Shown here piece after piece: positions 18,484 through 27,634 of a stretch of DNA of 32,000 nt (position 1 is its first letter; each line of letters opens with the position of its first letter). The notes under the pieces are model-generated. The model was not told the DNA's origin, made no database searches, and saw only the letters and a list, made by a program, of their open reading frames with translations. Made by a program: the position numbers and the translations under genes. This stretch comes from Dickeya dadantii NCPPB 898 (lineage in GTDB: Bacteria > Pseudomonadota > Gammaproteobacteria > Enterobacterales > Enterobacteriaceae). The stretch is taken from the NCBI RefSeq assembly GCF_000406145.1, contig NZ_CM001976.1, forward strand, positions 3,263,206-3,295,205, in the 5' to 3' direction.

Positions 18484-18762
18484 TTATTGCAATTGCGCCT
18501 GCTGATACAGCGATTCCCACACCTGGGCGACCAGCGTCTGGTCCGGCGGCGACAGTTCGCCATTCTTAATCGCCTTGTTCAGGCTCTCCTGCACCCGCGC
18601 ATGCAGCGCCTGCGCCGTCTGTTCGCCATGCGCTTCGGCTTCCGCCACCGCCAGCGTCAGGTGACCGCGCAGGTAACCGCTGGCAAACAGCTCATCATCG
18701 CTGGCGTGCTCCACCATGTTGTCAATCAGCGTCAGGATGCGCGCCTCGAATTCTGCGATCAT
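18484..18762 (-). CDS. yfcL: YfcL family protein
   Basis: The 92 aa product ([38 protein letters not shown]...) sits at the conserved position at the end of the aroC-mepA-yfcA-epmC-yfcL string. Confidence 0.85.
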   Translation of the reverse strand: MIAEFEARILTLIDNMVEHASDDELFASGYLRGHLTLAVAEAEAHGEQTAQALHARVQESLNKAIKNGELSPPDQTLVAQVWESLYQQAQLQ

Positions 18763-18797
18763 TGATGGTCCTCAGTTATCGTGTTGCCCGCCGATCG

Positions 18798-19361
18798 TCA
18801 CAGATCGGCCGGGTAAGGAAAGTCCGCCGCGGTTTGCGGCGCGGTGTGGTAAAAATCCCGCAGCGCCTGAATAAAGCGCGCAGGTCGGCCGGGAACGCCC
18901 TGTTGCAGATAGGTCATCACCTGCGCGTGCACCCGACGCTGGAAAGCGATACGGTCCGGGTCGACATCGCCATTCAGGTTGTCGCAACTGACATTAAACG
19001 GGAAACCGGCGGCCACGCAGAACATCCACTCCAGCGCCTGCGGCTTGATTTCCACCGACTCGAACTGGCTTTGGGTCGCGGCGTCGCGTCCGTCCGGGCA
19101 ATACCAGTAGCCGAAATCCACCAATTTGCGGCGCTCTTCACCGGCAATGCACCAGTGTGAAATCTCGTGCATGGCGCTGGCATAGAACCCATGCGCAAAC
19201 ACAATGCGGTGATACGGCGCCTGATCGTCGGCCGGCAGGTAGATAGGCTCATCGTCGCCTTTCACCAGCCGGGTGTTGTATTCCTCGCTAAAACACCGGT
19301 TGAAAACAGTGATCAACTGGTCGTAATGGTGAGTGCTTATCGTTTCAGTCAACATCGTCAT
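18798..19361 (-). CDS. epmC: Elongation factor P hydroxylase
   Basis: The product (STHHYDQLITVFNRCF...DDEPIYLPAD...RIVFAHGFYASAMHEISHWCIAG...VDFGYWYCPDGRDA) is collinear with E. coli EpmC/YfcM. The start ATG overlaps the yfcA stop (ATGA at 19358-19361). An alternative ATG lies two codons downstream. Confidence 0.9.
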   Translation of the reverse strand: MTMLTETISTHHYDQLITVFNRCFSEEYNTRLVKGDDEPIYLPADDQAPYHRIVFAHGFYASAMHEISHWCIAGEERRKLVDFGYWYCPDGRDAATQSQFESVEIKPQALEWMFCVAAGFPFNVSCDNLNGDVDPDRIAFQRRVHAQVMTYLQQGVPGRPARFIQALRDFYHTAPQTAADFPYPADL

Positions 19362-20161
19362 AAGAATAGCTGTCCCAGCCAGCGGGCAATCTCGCTGCCG
19401 TGGTTGTCATGAATCAATTTGATGCTCATCAGGGCGGACATGATCACCAGCATCGGGCGAATCAGTTTCTGTCCCTTGGTCAGCACCATTCTGGCCCCCA
19501 ACCGGGCGCCGATAATCTGCCCGACCAGCATGACCAAACCAACGCCCCATACCACCTGGCCGCCCAGCATGAAGAACAGCAGGCTGCCGAAATTGGAGGT
19601 AAAATTGAGCACTTTGGCGTGCGCGGTGGCTTTCGCCAGATTGAACCCCAGCAGGGTGACATAGGCCAGCGCATAAAACGAACCGGCGCCCGGCCCGAAG
19701 AAGCCGTCGTAAAACCCGACGCAGGCGCCGCCCAACAGGGAAAACGGCAACAGCGACATCCGAGCATGCCGATCCTCATCCCCTACTTTCGGCATCAGCA
19801 GAAAATAGAGCCCAATGCCGATCACCAACACCGGCAGCAGCTTACGCAGGAAATCGGCATGAATCTGCTGAATCAGCCAGGCGCCGAACATCGCACCCAC
19901 AAAAGTCAGCGGCACCGCCAGCTTCAGTATTTTCATATCCACCGCTTTGCGGCGGATGAAATACAGGCTGGCGGAAAACGAGCCGCCCACGGCCTGCAAT
20001 TTATTGGTCGCCAGCACCTGAGCAGGCGACAGCCCCGCCGCCAGCAACACCGGAATAGACAGCAACCCGCCGCCGCCGGCGATCGAATCCACGAATCCGG
20101 CGATCACGCTCGCCAGAAACAACAGGGCCAGCACATCCGGCCCGACAACGAACCATTCCAT
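19358..20161 (-). CDS. yfcA: TauE/SafE-family membrane transporter YfcA
   Basis: The 267 aa polytopic membrane protein has an N-terminus (FVDSIAGGGGLLSIPVLLAAGLSPAQVLATNKLQ) that matches YfcA, and its position is syntenic. Confidence 0.88.
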   Translation of the reverse strand: MEWFVVGPDVLALLFLASVIAGFVDSIAGGGGLLSIPVLLAAGLSPAQVLATNKLQAVGGSFSASLYFIRRKAVDMKILKLAVPLTFVGAMFGAWLIQQIHADFLRKLLPVLVIGIGLYFLLMPKVGDEDRHARMSLLPFSLLGGACVGFYDGFFGPGAGSFYALAYVTLLGFNLAKATAHAKVLNFTSNFGSLLFFMLGGQVVWGVGLVMLVGQIIGARLGARMVLTKGQKLIRPMLVIMSALMSIKLIHDNHGSEIARWLGQLFL

Positions 20162-20164
20162 GAA

Positions 20165-20995
20165 TTATTCCGCAATCAGATGGCGATCAAGCAACGCCTG
20201 ACAGGAAGGCGGCAAGGGGGGAGGCGTCGTTTTGGCCGGTGGTTCGGCGCCCGGTTTGCGCGGCTGGAACCAGCTGTTCAGTTCAGCGCCGCATCCGTCG
20301 CCCGCCGGCGGCGCATCCTGCTCCTGACACTCCAGGCTGTTCGCCGGGCAACGCAGCCGCACGTGCATGTGCGCGCGGTGGGCGAACCACGGCCGCACCT
20401 TGTGCAGCCAGTTGCGATCGCCGCCGGCTTCCAGACACAGCTGCTTTTTGATCGCCGGGTTGACGAAAATGCGCGTCACGTCATTATCCTGCGCCGCCGT
20501 TTTTACCAGCTTCAGGACATCCGGCGACCATGCGCGCGGATTGACGTTTTTACCGTCCGCCTGCACCAAATCCAACGGCTGCGGTTGCAGTAACTGCTGC
20601 TGACTCCAGCGCTGGCGCGGCAGTTGCAGCCAAATATCCACATCCAACCCCGACTGATGGCTGGCGTGGCCGCTGCTGAACCGCCCGCCGGCCGGCATGC
20701 CCATGTCGCCGATCAGCACGGTGCCGCCGGTGGTCCGATGCACGCCGGCGCTGAGGCGATTGATGAACGCCAGCAAGTCCGGATGACCGAAGTAACGCCG
20801 CTGGTCGACGCGCATCACCTGATAATCCGGCGACTGCAACGACAACGGCTGTGCGCCGATGATACAGCCATTGGCAAACGCGCCGATGGCCTGAGGCTGG
20901 CCTGCCACCGGGTGGCTTATCTCCTGCCACGGTGTCTTCGCCAGCGCGGCGCTGCTCAGCAGCAACGCCACCATCCCAATCCAGTTTGTTTTCAT
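20165..20995 (-). CDS. mepA: Penicillin-insensitive murein DD-endopeptidase
   Basis: The 276 aa product has a signal peptide. The segments [44 protein letters not shown] and [14 protein letters not shown] match MepA. Confidence 0.92.
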   Translation of the reverse strand: MKTNWIGMVALLLSSAALAKTPWQEISHPVAGQPQAIGAFANGCIIGAQPLSLQSPDYQVMRVDQRRYFGHPDLLAFINRLSAGVHRTTGGTVLIGDMGMPAGGRFSSGHASHQSGLDVDIWLQLPRQRWSQQQLLQPQPLDLVQADGKNVNPRAWSPDVLKLVKTAAQDNDVTRIFVNPAIKKQLCLEAGGDRNWLHKVRPWFAHRAHMHVRLRCPANSLECQEQDAPPAGDGCGAELNSWFQPRKPGAEPPAKTTPPPLPPSCQALLDRHLIAE

Positions 20996-21042
20996 TGTTT
21001 TATGGTATTCGTATTCGGTGTATTACCGCGTTTCTTATGGTG

Positions 21043-22128
21043 TTACCAACGGGGAACCTGGCTTGTCACGTCCGCGCACTGCGCGCGCTGGCGCAACAGA
21101 TGATCCATCAGCACAATCGCCATCATCGCCTCGGCAATCGGCACCGCGCGAATGCCCACGCACGGGTCGTGGCGACCGCGGGTGATCATTTCCGTTGCCT
21201 CGCCGTCGCGGGTGATGGTGCGCCCCGGCACGGTGATGCTGGAGGTCGGTTTCAGCGCCAGATGGGCGGTAATCGCCTGACCGCTGCTGATGCCGCCCAG
21301 AATGCCGCCCGCATGGTTGCTCTGAAAGCCTTCCGGGGTGATTTCGTCACGGTTTTCGCTGCCGCGACGGTTCACGACTGCAAAGCCGTCGCCGATTTCC
21401 ACGCCTTTGACGGCATTAATGCTCATCAGCGCGTGAGCCAGATCGGCATCAAGGCGATCAAACACCGGCTCGCCCAGCCCCGGCGGCACCGACTCGGCCA
21501 CCACCGTCACTTTAGCGCCGATAGAGTCGCCCTCTTTTTTCAGTGCGCGCATCAGTTCATCCAGCGCGTCGAGCTTGTCCGGGTCCGGGCAGAAAAACGG
21601 ATTTTGCTCCACCTGCGCCCAGTCTTTCAGCTCGCAGGTCACGTCGCCCATCTGCGCCAGATAGCCGCGAATCACCACGCCATGCTGCTGTTGCAGGTAT
21701 TTCTTGGCAATGGCGCCGGCGGCGACGCGCATGGCGGTTTCACGGGCGGAAGACCGACCGCCGCCGCGGTAGTCGCGGATGCCGTATTTCTGCTCATAGG
21801 TGTAGTCGGCGTGGCCGGGACGGAACAGATCCTTGATGGCGCCATAATCCTGCGAACGCTGGTCGGTATTTTCAATCAACAGACCGATACTGGCGCCGGT
21901 AGTCACCCCTTCAAACACCCCGGACAGAATACGCACCTGGTCCGGCTCGCGGCGCTGGGTGGTATAACGAGAAGTGCCCGGACGACGACGGTCCAGGTCG
22001 TGCTGCAAATCGGCCTCGGTCAGCGGAATGCCCGGCGGTACGCCATCCACCACGCATCCCAGGGCGATGCCATGCGATTCACCAAAGGTGGTGACACGGA
22101 AAAACTGACCAATACTGTTTCCTGCCAT
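21043..22128 (-). CDS. aroC: Chorismate synthase
   Basis: I chose the ATG at 22126-22128 because the SD AAGGAG lies 5 nt upstream. The product [20 protein letters not shown]... is 361 aa, like E. coli AroC. The extra leading codon in the track ORF is a GTG. Confidence 0.96.
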   Translation of the reverse strand: MAGNSIGQFFRVTTFGESHGIALGCVVDGVPPGIPLTEADLQHDLDRRRPGTSRYTTQRREPDQVRILSGVFEGVTTGASIGLLIENTDQRSQDYGAIKDLFRPGHADYTYEQKYGIRDYRGGGRSSARETAMRVAAGAIAKKYLQQQHGVVIRGYLAQMGDVTCELKDWAQVEQNPFFCPDPDKLDALDELMRALKKEGDSIGAKVTVVAESVPPGLGEPVFDRLDADLAHALMSINAVKGVEIGDGFAVVNRRGSENRDEITPEGFQSNHAGGILGGISSGQAITAHLALKPTSSITVPGRTITRDGEATEMITRGRHDPCVGIRAVPIAEAMMAIVLMDHLLRQRAQCADVTSQVPRW

Positions 22129-22200
22129 CACGGCTCCTTAGCATTGAAAAAACATCAGGGCGCCAGACGGATACCTACCGCCCGTCGCCCTGCGGAGGGA

Positions 22201-23133
22201 TTAATCCCGGTAAATACTGAAATGCGCCTGACAGTCCAGCAGTTGGGAACGGGTCAACATGAAGACACCGTCGCCGCCGTTGTCGAACTCCAGCCAGGTG
22301 AACGGGACGTCCGGATACTGCTCCATCAGGTGCACCATGCTGTTGCCGACTTCACAAATCAGCACGCCCTCTTCGGTAAGGAAGTCCGGCGCGCACGCCA
22401 GAATCCGACGCACCAGTTTCAGGCCGTCGCTACCTGCCGCCAGCCCCAGCTCCGGCTCGAAGCGGTATTCCTGCGGCAGGTCGGCCATGTCTTCTTCGTC
22501 CACGTACGGCGGATTGGTGACGATCAGGTCATACTGAATCGCCGGCAGGTCGCGGAACAGATCGGAACGGATCGGCGTGACGTTATATTCCATACCGTGC
22601 TGCTGAATATTTTGCTCGGTCACCGCCAGCGCCTCGGCGGAAATATCCACCGCATCCACTTCCGCTTCGGGGAATGCTTGCGCGCAGGCGATGGCGATAC
22701 AGCCGCTGCCGGTGCACAAGTCGAGAATATGGCGCGGCGCGTTGGGCAACAGCGAGGCGAAACGGTTATTGATCAATTCGCCAATCGGCGAACGGGGCAC
22801 CAGCACCCGCTCGTCGACATAAAACTCCAGTCCGCAAAACCAGGCTTTGTTCGTCAGATAAGCGACCGGAACACGTTCGTTGACGCGGCGAATCACCCGC
22901 TCGACGATGCGATGACGCTCGCTGGACGTCAGCCGGGCGAGGTGCATGTCTTCCGGAATATCGATCGGCAGAAACAGACTGGGCAGCACCAGTTGCAGCG
23001 CCTCATCCCACGGATTATCGGTGCCATGACCGTAATAGACGTTGGCGGCGTTAAACCGGCTCACTGCCCAGCGCAGCATATCCTGAATGGTATGCAGATC
23101 GTTGACCGCCTCATCGACGAAAATTTTGTCCAA
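22201..23133 (-). CDS. prmB: 50S ribosomal protein L3 glutamine N5-methyltransferase
   Basis: The start is TTG at 23131-23133, preceded by the SD GGAGGA with a 5-nt spacer. The product (L/M)[26 protein letters not shown]... is 310 aa and collinear with E. coli PrmB ([22 protein letters not shown]...). The NPPY motif is present. The 56-codon extension in the track has no homologous counterpart. Confidence 0.9.
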   Translation of the reverse strand: MDKIFVDEAVNDLHTIQDMLRWAVSRFNAANVYYGHGTDNPWDEALQLVLPSLFLPIDIPEDMHLARLTSSERHRIVERVIRRVNERVPVAYLTNKAWFCGLEFYVDERVLVPRSPIGELINNRFASLLPNAPRHILDLCTGSGCIAIACAQAFPEAEVDAVDISAEALAVTEQNIQQHGMEYNVTPIRSDLFRDLPAIQYDLIVTNPPYVDEEDMADLPQEYRFEPELGLAAGSDGLKLVRRILACAPDFLTEEGVLICEVGNSMVHLMEQYPDVPFTWLEFDNGGDGVFMLTRSQLLDCQAHFSIYRD

Positions 23134-23155
23134 GTTTGTCCTCCGCAGACTACTG

Positions 23156-23200
23156 TTCTTGTGATCACTCTCTCTGTGATCGCTGTCTCTGTGATCGCAA
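23156..23200. repeat. Three tandem 15-bp units, each containing TGTGATC(A/G)C with a GATC site
   Basis: The units are TTCTTGTGATCACTC, TCTCTGTGATCGCTG and TCTCTGTGATCGCAA. GATC sites lie at 23163-66, 23178-81 and 23193-96, exactly 15 bp apart and 27-65 bp upstream of the prmB start. Confidence 0.9.
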
Positions 23201-23320
23201 CGGATAGTTTGCCATGAAGACGGCGACAAATCAGCAGATATCACCGCCGGACGGCGCGGACCGGGGGACATGACGATAAGGTTTTGTTTAGCGACCGGCA
23301 CGGAACGGGTAAACTACATT

Positions 23321-23365
23321 TCATTGAAAACCATGCCATTAAAAATCACGCCATTGAAAATTGCC
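23321..23365. repeat. Three imperfect tandem 15-bp units (CCATTGAAAA core)
   Basis: The units are TCATTGAAAACCATG, CCATTAAAAATCACG and CCATTGAAAATTGCC, each 11/15 identical to its neighbour. They lie 64-108 bp upstream of the smrB start. Confidence 0.8.
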
Positions 23366-23428
23366 ATCACGGCGGATACCGTGTTGATGTTCTGTAACAG
23401 AACCGCGACGATGACAGAGTGACGCACA

Positions 23429-23971
23429 ATGAAAAAAAAATTCATGCTTGATGACGAGGAACAGGCGCTTTTCCGCACATCGGTGGCGGGCGCCACCCGG
23501 TTACGTCAGGACACCTATGTTCACCGTCCGGCCCGAACCAAGCCCGGCGCGTTGCCGCCGCGGCGGATGATTCAGGAACAGGTGGACGCCAGTTTCTATT
23601 TTTCTGACGAATTCCAGCCACAGCTGGAGAATGAAGGGCCGACACGCTATGTCCGGCCGGGCGCCAGTCATTACGAACTGAAGAAACTGCGCCGCGGCAA
23701 CTATTCACCGGAGCTGTTTCTGGATCTGCACGGGTTGACGCAGTTGGAAGCCAAGCAGGAACTGGGGGCGCTGCTGGCCGCCTGCCGGCGTGAACATGTC
23801 TACTGCGCCTGCGTGATGCACGGTCACGGCAAACACATTCTTAAACAGCAGACCCCGCTGTGGCTGGCCCAGCATCCGGACGTACTGGCGTTTCATCAGG
23901 CACCGAAGGAATTCGGCGGTAATGCGGCCCTGCTGGTGCTGGTGGCGCAGGAAAGCGCTGACGAGGAATAA
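23429..23971 (+). CDS. smrB: Ribosome-rescue endonuclease SmrB (Smr domain)
   Basis: The 180 aa product matches E. coli SmrB in several segments: MKKK...EEQALFR...YFSDEFQP...[73 protein letters not shown]. Confidence 0.93.
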   Translation: MKKKFMLDDEEQALFRTSVAGATRLRQDTYVHRPARTKPGALPPRRMIQEQVDASFYFSDEFQPQLENEGPTRYVRPGASHYELKKLRRGNYSPELFLDLHGLTQLEAKQELGALLAACRREHVYCACVMHGHGKHILKQQTPLWLAQHPDVLAFHQAPKEFGGNAALLVLVAQESADEE

Positions 23972-24029
23972 CCCTCCCCCACCTCACCTTCCCCGTCATT
24001 CAGGAAAATCGCCACGGCGTAAACCGCAT

Positions 24030-24063
24030 GAAAACCAGACAGGAGCCGCTAACGGCGCCTGTC
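24030..24063 (-). terminator. Intrinsic terminator of sixA
   Basis: On the minus strand, GACAGGCGCCG-TTAG-CGGCTCCTGTC forms a 10-bp stem with one mismatch (24038-24063), followed by UGGUUUUCAUGCGGUUU. It lies 10 nt after the sixA stop. Confidence 0.6.
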
Positions 24064-24072
24064 GTCGGACGA

Positions 24073-24558
24073 TCAGGGTTTGACTTTGGCAGTCAGTTGG
24101 GACGGCGTGACCTGCCAGTGGTATACGCCGGTGCCGGAGACGTCATCCAGCTCGACGCAGGCAACGGCCGATGTAGCGAACATGGGCGCGGTCTCAGTCG
24201 GGCACAACCCGGCGACCAGATACCCCACCAGCGGCAGGTGGGAAACCACCAGCACCGCACCGGTGCCTTCTTTTGCCAGCGCCAGCAAATAATCGCACAC
24301 CAGTTCGGCGTTGCCCCCCGGCGTCAGCTCCGGCAGACATTCACTTTCCGGCAGCGGCACTTTCTCCGCTACGACCTGCAACGTCTGTTGAGCCCGTACG
24401 TAAGGACTCACCAGCACCCGCTCAATATCAACCGACTGATCGTTGAGCCAGGCTGCCATTTGACGAGATTCTTCATCTCCCCGGCGGCTTAACGGCCGGA
24501 GCGCATCACTGGCGGCGTCAGGTACGGCATCACCATGACGCATGATCAAAACTTGCAT
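24073..24558 (-). CDS. sixA: Phosphohistidine phosphatase
   Basis: The 161 aa product MQVLIMRHGDAVPDAASDALRPLS..., together with ERVLVSPYVRAQQTL and VSHLPLVGYLVA, matches E. coli SixA (MQVFIMRHGDAALDAASD...). Confidence 0.93.
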   Translation of the reverse strand: MQVLIMRHGDAVPDAASDALRPLSRRGDEESRQMAAWLNDQSVDIERVLVSPYVRAQQTLQVVAEKVPLPESECLPELTPGGNAELVCDYLLALAKEGTGAVLVVSHLPLVGYLVAGLCPTETAPMFATSAVACVELDDVSGTGVYHWQVTPSQLTAKVKP

Positions 24559-25394
24559 ATTACACCGCTATATTGATGAAAAAAGGGCAATAAAACCCTG
24601 GGGATAGCTTCAGATTAGCTGAATCGGCACGGGGCCGTTTTGCGATAGGTCACAGCCTGGTATCGGGTATCGCCACATCCTGCTGATGGCGTTTTGACCA
24701 ACGCAAAGCGCATTTTTTTACCCCAATTGCCGGCGAATCGCAACCAACCACATCATGCGTCGCGCTGCGCCACGGCTCAGCCATCGCGCCACAGCCGGCA
24801 ACTTCCCGTTTTTCAGGCAATTAACCTTAATTTTTTCAGGGCAAAGCCGACATCACGTCATCATAATATGCTGCCGGCTATCTTTTAGATTTCATTTAAC
24901 AGCAGTTTAGACTAAAAAATAATTTTCATTCAGATAAAAAAATTATCAATCTCCGCAATACAGAATAAACCGGCACCGGTTTTATTTTGCTGACACTTTT
25001 ACACTTTTTCATCTTATAACCGAGGGAAACACTGGAAAAAATACCCTGCCTCATTATAGTGAACAGAGAAAACACCGGTGCTGAATACAGCATATTTAAA
25101 TAATTCAGCGCGGTATTATGCCCAGCATTCAGGGAATTGTTTTACTGGGTGGTAAAAACAACGGAATGTTTAAATAAGAAAAACAAGTATTTTCAATAAA
25201 ATAAAACCATTACTCCGCTAGCGCACCATCGTGCTCGGTATTTTTATCAATTAACGTTTTTCACCTAAACGTGAATCCAGGAAATAACGTTTCTCGTCAG
25301 CCAATAAAATAATTTTTTTAAACAACATTAGGTTTTTCATTCAAAAAATCTGCCTTACGGCTTTGAAGTTTATTATTCTACTGATCCGACAAGA

Positions 25395-25440
25395 ATAAAA
25401 AACAAGGCGGGATAGTGGGTTCAGATTTTTCCCTCACCCG
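25395..25440 (-). terminator. Probable terminator of the fadIJ operon
   Basis: Immediately after the fadJ stop, the minus strand reads CGGGTGAGGG-AAAAATCTGAA-CCCACTATCCCG. This is an imperfect hairpin, followed by CCUUGUUUUUUAUU. Confidence 0.4.
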
Positions 25441-25441
25441 C

Positions 25442-27634
25442 TTAGCGTTCCGTTTCATCAGCAAAGTCAACCTGCTGTGACTGCCGCCGGAGCAGTCCTT
25501 CCGCCGGAGCAAACCGATCGCCATACTGCGCCTGCAACGACAGCAGGGTTGCCACCACCGTTTCTATCCCTAATCGATTCATGTAGTGGAATGGGCCGCC
25601 CAGAAACGGTGGAAACCCGATCCCCATTACCGCGCCGATGTCGCCGTCGCCCGGGCGGCGGATCACCCCTTCATCCAGACAGCGCACCGCTTCATTCAGC
25701 ATCATCATGACGCAGCGCTGCGCAATCAGCGCCGGATCCAGGTGCGCTTTGGGCGTCACATCCAGCAAGGGATAGAGACTACCGTCGGACACGTTGCCCT
25801 GACGCCGCCACAAACCGCATAACCGCTCATAACGCGACTGATCGTAGCGATAAAAGCCGCGTCCGTTCTTACGGCCTTTACGGTTGTCGCGGGCAATGGC
25901 TTCCAGCGCCGGCGGCGCGCAAAACCGCTCGCCCAGCTCCGCCACCAGCACCGGCACAATCTTCATCGCCACATCAATCCCCACTTCATCCAGCAAGGTA
26001 AAAGGCCCGACTGGGAAACCGAAACGCACCAGCGCCTGATCGACCGATTCTACCGGCTCGCCTTCCAGCAAACAGCGGGCCGCCTCATTCAGGTAAGGCG
26101 CCAGAATGCGGTTAACATAAAACCCAGCTTTATCCGCTACTACGATGGCGGTTTTACCCTGCTTCTTCGCCAGCGCCACCGTGGTGGACAGCGTCTGCTC
26201 GCTGGTTCCGGCATGGGGAATAACCTCAACCAGCGGCATCTTGTCCACCGGGCTGAAATAGTGCAGGCCTATCACCTGCTCAGGCCGACCGGCACCGGCG
26301 GCGATCTGATGAATCGGCAGCGACGAGGTATTGGTGGCAAACACCGTATGCGGCGGCGTCACCGCTTCGGTTTCCCGCACCATCTGCTGTTTGAGCGCCA
26401 CTTCTTCGAATACCGCCTCCACCACCACATCAACGCGCTCAAATCCCCGATAATCGGTGCCGCCGGAAATCAGGCTCATCTGCCGTCGCTGCTCTGCGGG
26501 CGTGATGCGGCGGCGCGCCACCTGTTTGCTCAACCGCTGCCAGCTGTTGCGCAGCGCATGGGTGATGCCTTGCTCATGAATATCTTTAATCCTTACCGGC
26601 AATTGACCATTCAGCGCGGTGACGCCGGCAATGCCGCCGCCCATCAAACCGCCGCCCAACACCCCAACCCGGCGCAGTGGGCCGGGCTCGACCGACGCGC
26701 CCTGATCTTTTTTCAGCGCGGTGGCGGTAAAAAACAGTCGCCGCAACGCCACCGACTCCGGCGACATCACCAGTCGGCCGAAAGCGCGGGCCTCCGCCTG
26801 ATAGCCTGCCTGGCTACCTTGTTCCAGACCCCGGCGCACCACCGCCAGAATACGCGCCGTCGCCGGGTAATTGCCCTGAGTTTTCGCCTGCGTCTGCCGC
26901 CGCACCCGCTCAAACAACCAGCGGCGTACGTAAGGCAGCATCAGTAGCCGGTGCCGCCAGCCGGGCGAGGACGGCTGCCGTTTACCGCGGCGAATAAAGC
27001 CCAGCGCCGCCTCCAGCAATACGGCGTGCGGCACCACTTCATCCACCAACCCGAGCCGCCGCGCCTGAGCCGCCCGCAGTTGCCGCCCGGTCAGGATCAA
27101 CTCCAGCGCGCGGTCCACGCCAATCAGGCGCGGAAGACGCTGGGTGCCGCCAGCGCCCGGCAATAGCCCCAATTGCACTTCCGGCAACCCGAGGCGGGTG
27201 CTGTCGTCCGGCGTACAAAGGCGATAATCACAAGCCAGCGCCAGTTCCAGCCCGCCGCCCAGACAGTCGCCGTGAATAGCCGCCACCACCGGGAACGGCA
27301 GGTGGGCGATCGCTTCCAGTGTTTCCTGCCCGGTTTCAGCCAGCGCCTGCGCCGCCGCGGCGTCGGAACAGGCATCCAACATGCCGATATCCGCCCCGGC
27401 AATAAACGACGCCGGTTTGCCGGAGAGAATAACCAGCCCCTGTAGGCCACTGTGCTGTCGAGCCTGCGTCAGCACCGCGCGCATCTGTTCCGCGAATTCC
27501 GCTTTCAGGGTATTCACTTTCTCGCCGGGAACATCCACGGTGATCACGCCGATATGATCGGGGCGTAGCGTCAACCGGAAAGCCGCGTGCTCTTCATGTT
27601 CGTGCGCCTGATGTATCGCATTCAGTTCGGTCAT
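25442..27634 (-). CDS. fadJ: Anaerobic fatty-acid oxidation complex alpha subunit (enoyl-CoA hydratase / 3-hydroxyacyl-CoA dehydrogenase / epimerase)
   Basis: I chose the ATG at 27632-27634, which overlaps the fadI stop (ATGA). It has a crotonase-fold N-domain ([34 protein letters not shown]), an NAD-binding motif ([14 protein letters not shown]) and HCDH C-domains. The product is 730 aa. Confidence 0.93.
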   Translation of the reverse strand: MTELNAIHQAHEHEEHAAFRLTLRPDHIGVITVDVPGEKVNTLKAEFAEQMRAVLTQARQHSGLQGLVILSGKPASFIAGADIGMLDACSDAAAAQALAETGQETLEAIAHLPFPVVAAIHGDCLGGGLELALACDYRLCTPDDSTRLGLPEVQLGLLPGAGGTQRLPRLIGVDRALELILTGRQLRAAQARRLGLVDEVVPHAVLLEAALGFIRRGKRQPSSPGWRHRLLMLPYVRRWLFERVRRQTQAKTQGNYPATARILAVVRRGLEQGSQAGYQAEARAFGRLVMSPESVALRRLFFTATALKKDQGASVEPGPLRRVGVLGGGLMGGGIAGVTALNGQLPVRIKDIHEQGITHALRNSWQRLSKQVARRRITPAEQRRQMSLISGGTDYRGFERVDVVVEAVFEEVALKQQMVRETEAVTPPHTVFATNTSSLPIHQIAAGAGRPEQVIGLHYFSPVDKMPLVEVIPHAGTSEQTLSTTVALAKKQGKTAIVVADKAGFYVNRILAPYLNEAARCLLEGEPVESVDQALVRFGFPVGPFTLLDEVGIDVAMKIVPVLVAELGERFCAPPALEAIARDNRKGRKNGRGFYRYDQSRYERLCGLWRRQGNVSDGSLYPLLDVTPKAHLDPALIAQRCVMMMLNEAVRCLDEGVIRRPGDGDIGAVMGIGFPPFLGGPFHYMNRLGIETVVATLLSLQAQYGDRFAPAEGLLRRQSQQVDFADETER

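Noticed and set aside
19400-20593. A 397-aa plus-strand ORF over yfcA and mepA.
   Set aside because: This is the same artefact. It is in codon register with both sense genes (all congruent to 2 mod 3), and its composition is Arg/Gln/His-rich and low in complexity.
20932-23217. A 761-aa ORF on the plus strand spanning all of aroC, the aroC-prmB spacer and prmB. It is the longest ORF in the window.
   Set aside because: It is antisense to two genes with unambiguous homologues and lies in exact codon register with both: 20932, 21043 and 22201 are all congruent to 1 mod 3. In that register an antisense stop requires a sense TTA, CTA or TCA codon, and these are rare in this GC-rich codon usage, so long open antisense frames are expected. 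Its composition is Arg/Ala/Gly/His-rich, and it has no SD and no recognisable domain.
23134-23301. A 56-codon N-terminal extension of prmB in the track ORF ([15 protein letters not shown]...[21 protein letters not shown]).
   Set aside because: E. coli PrmB begins at the residue equivalent to the TTG at 23133, which has a strong GGAGGA SD 5 nt upstream. The extension is translated from the 15-bp DNA repeat and has no homologous counterpart.
24694-24888. A 64-aa plus-strand ORF in the sixA-fadJ spacer.
   Set aside because: It has a TTG start with no SD and a Pro/Arg/His/Gln-rich composition that is unlike real small proteins and has no hydrophobic core. It is retained only as part of the spacer finding.
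24926-25093. A 55-aa minus-strand ORF (MLYSAPVFSLFTIMRQGIFSS...) in the AT-rich core, as a possible small membrane or toxin protein.
   Set aside because: There is no SD upstream (TTATTTAAAT precedes the ATG), the ORF runs straight through the orphan hairpin, and in AT-rich DNA an ORF of this size is not improbable by chance. It is not supported as a gene.
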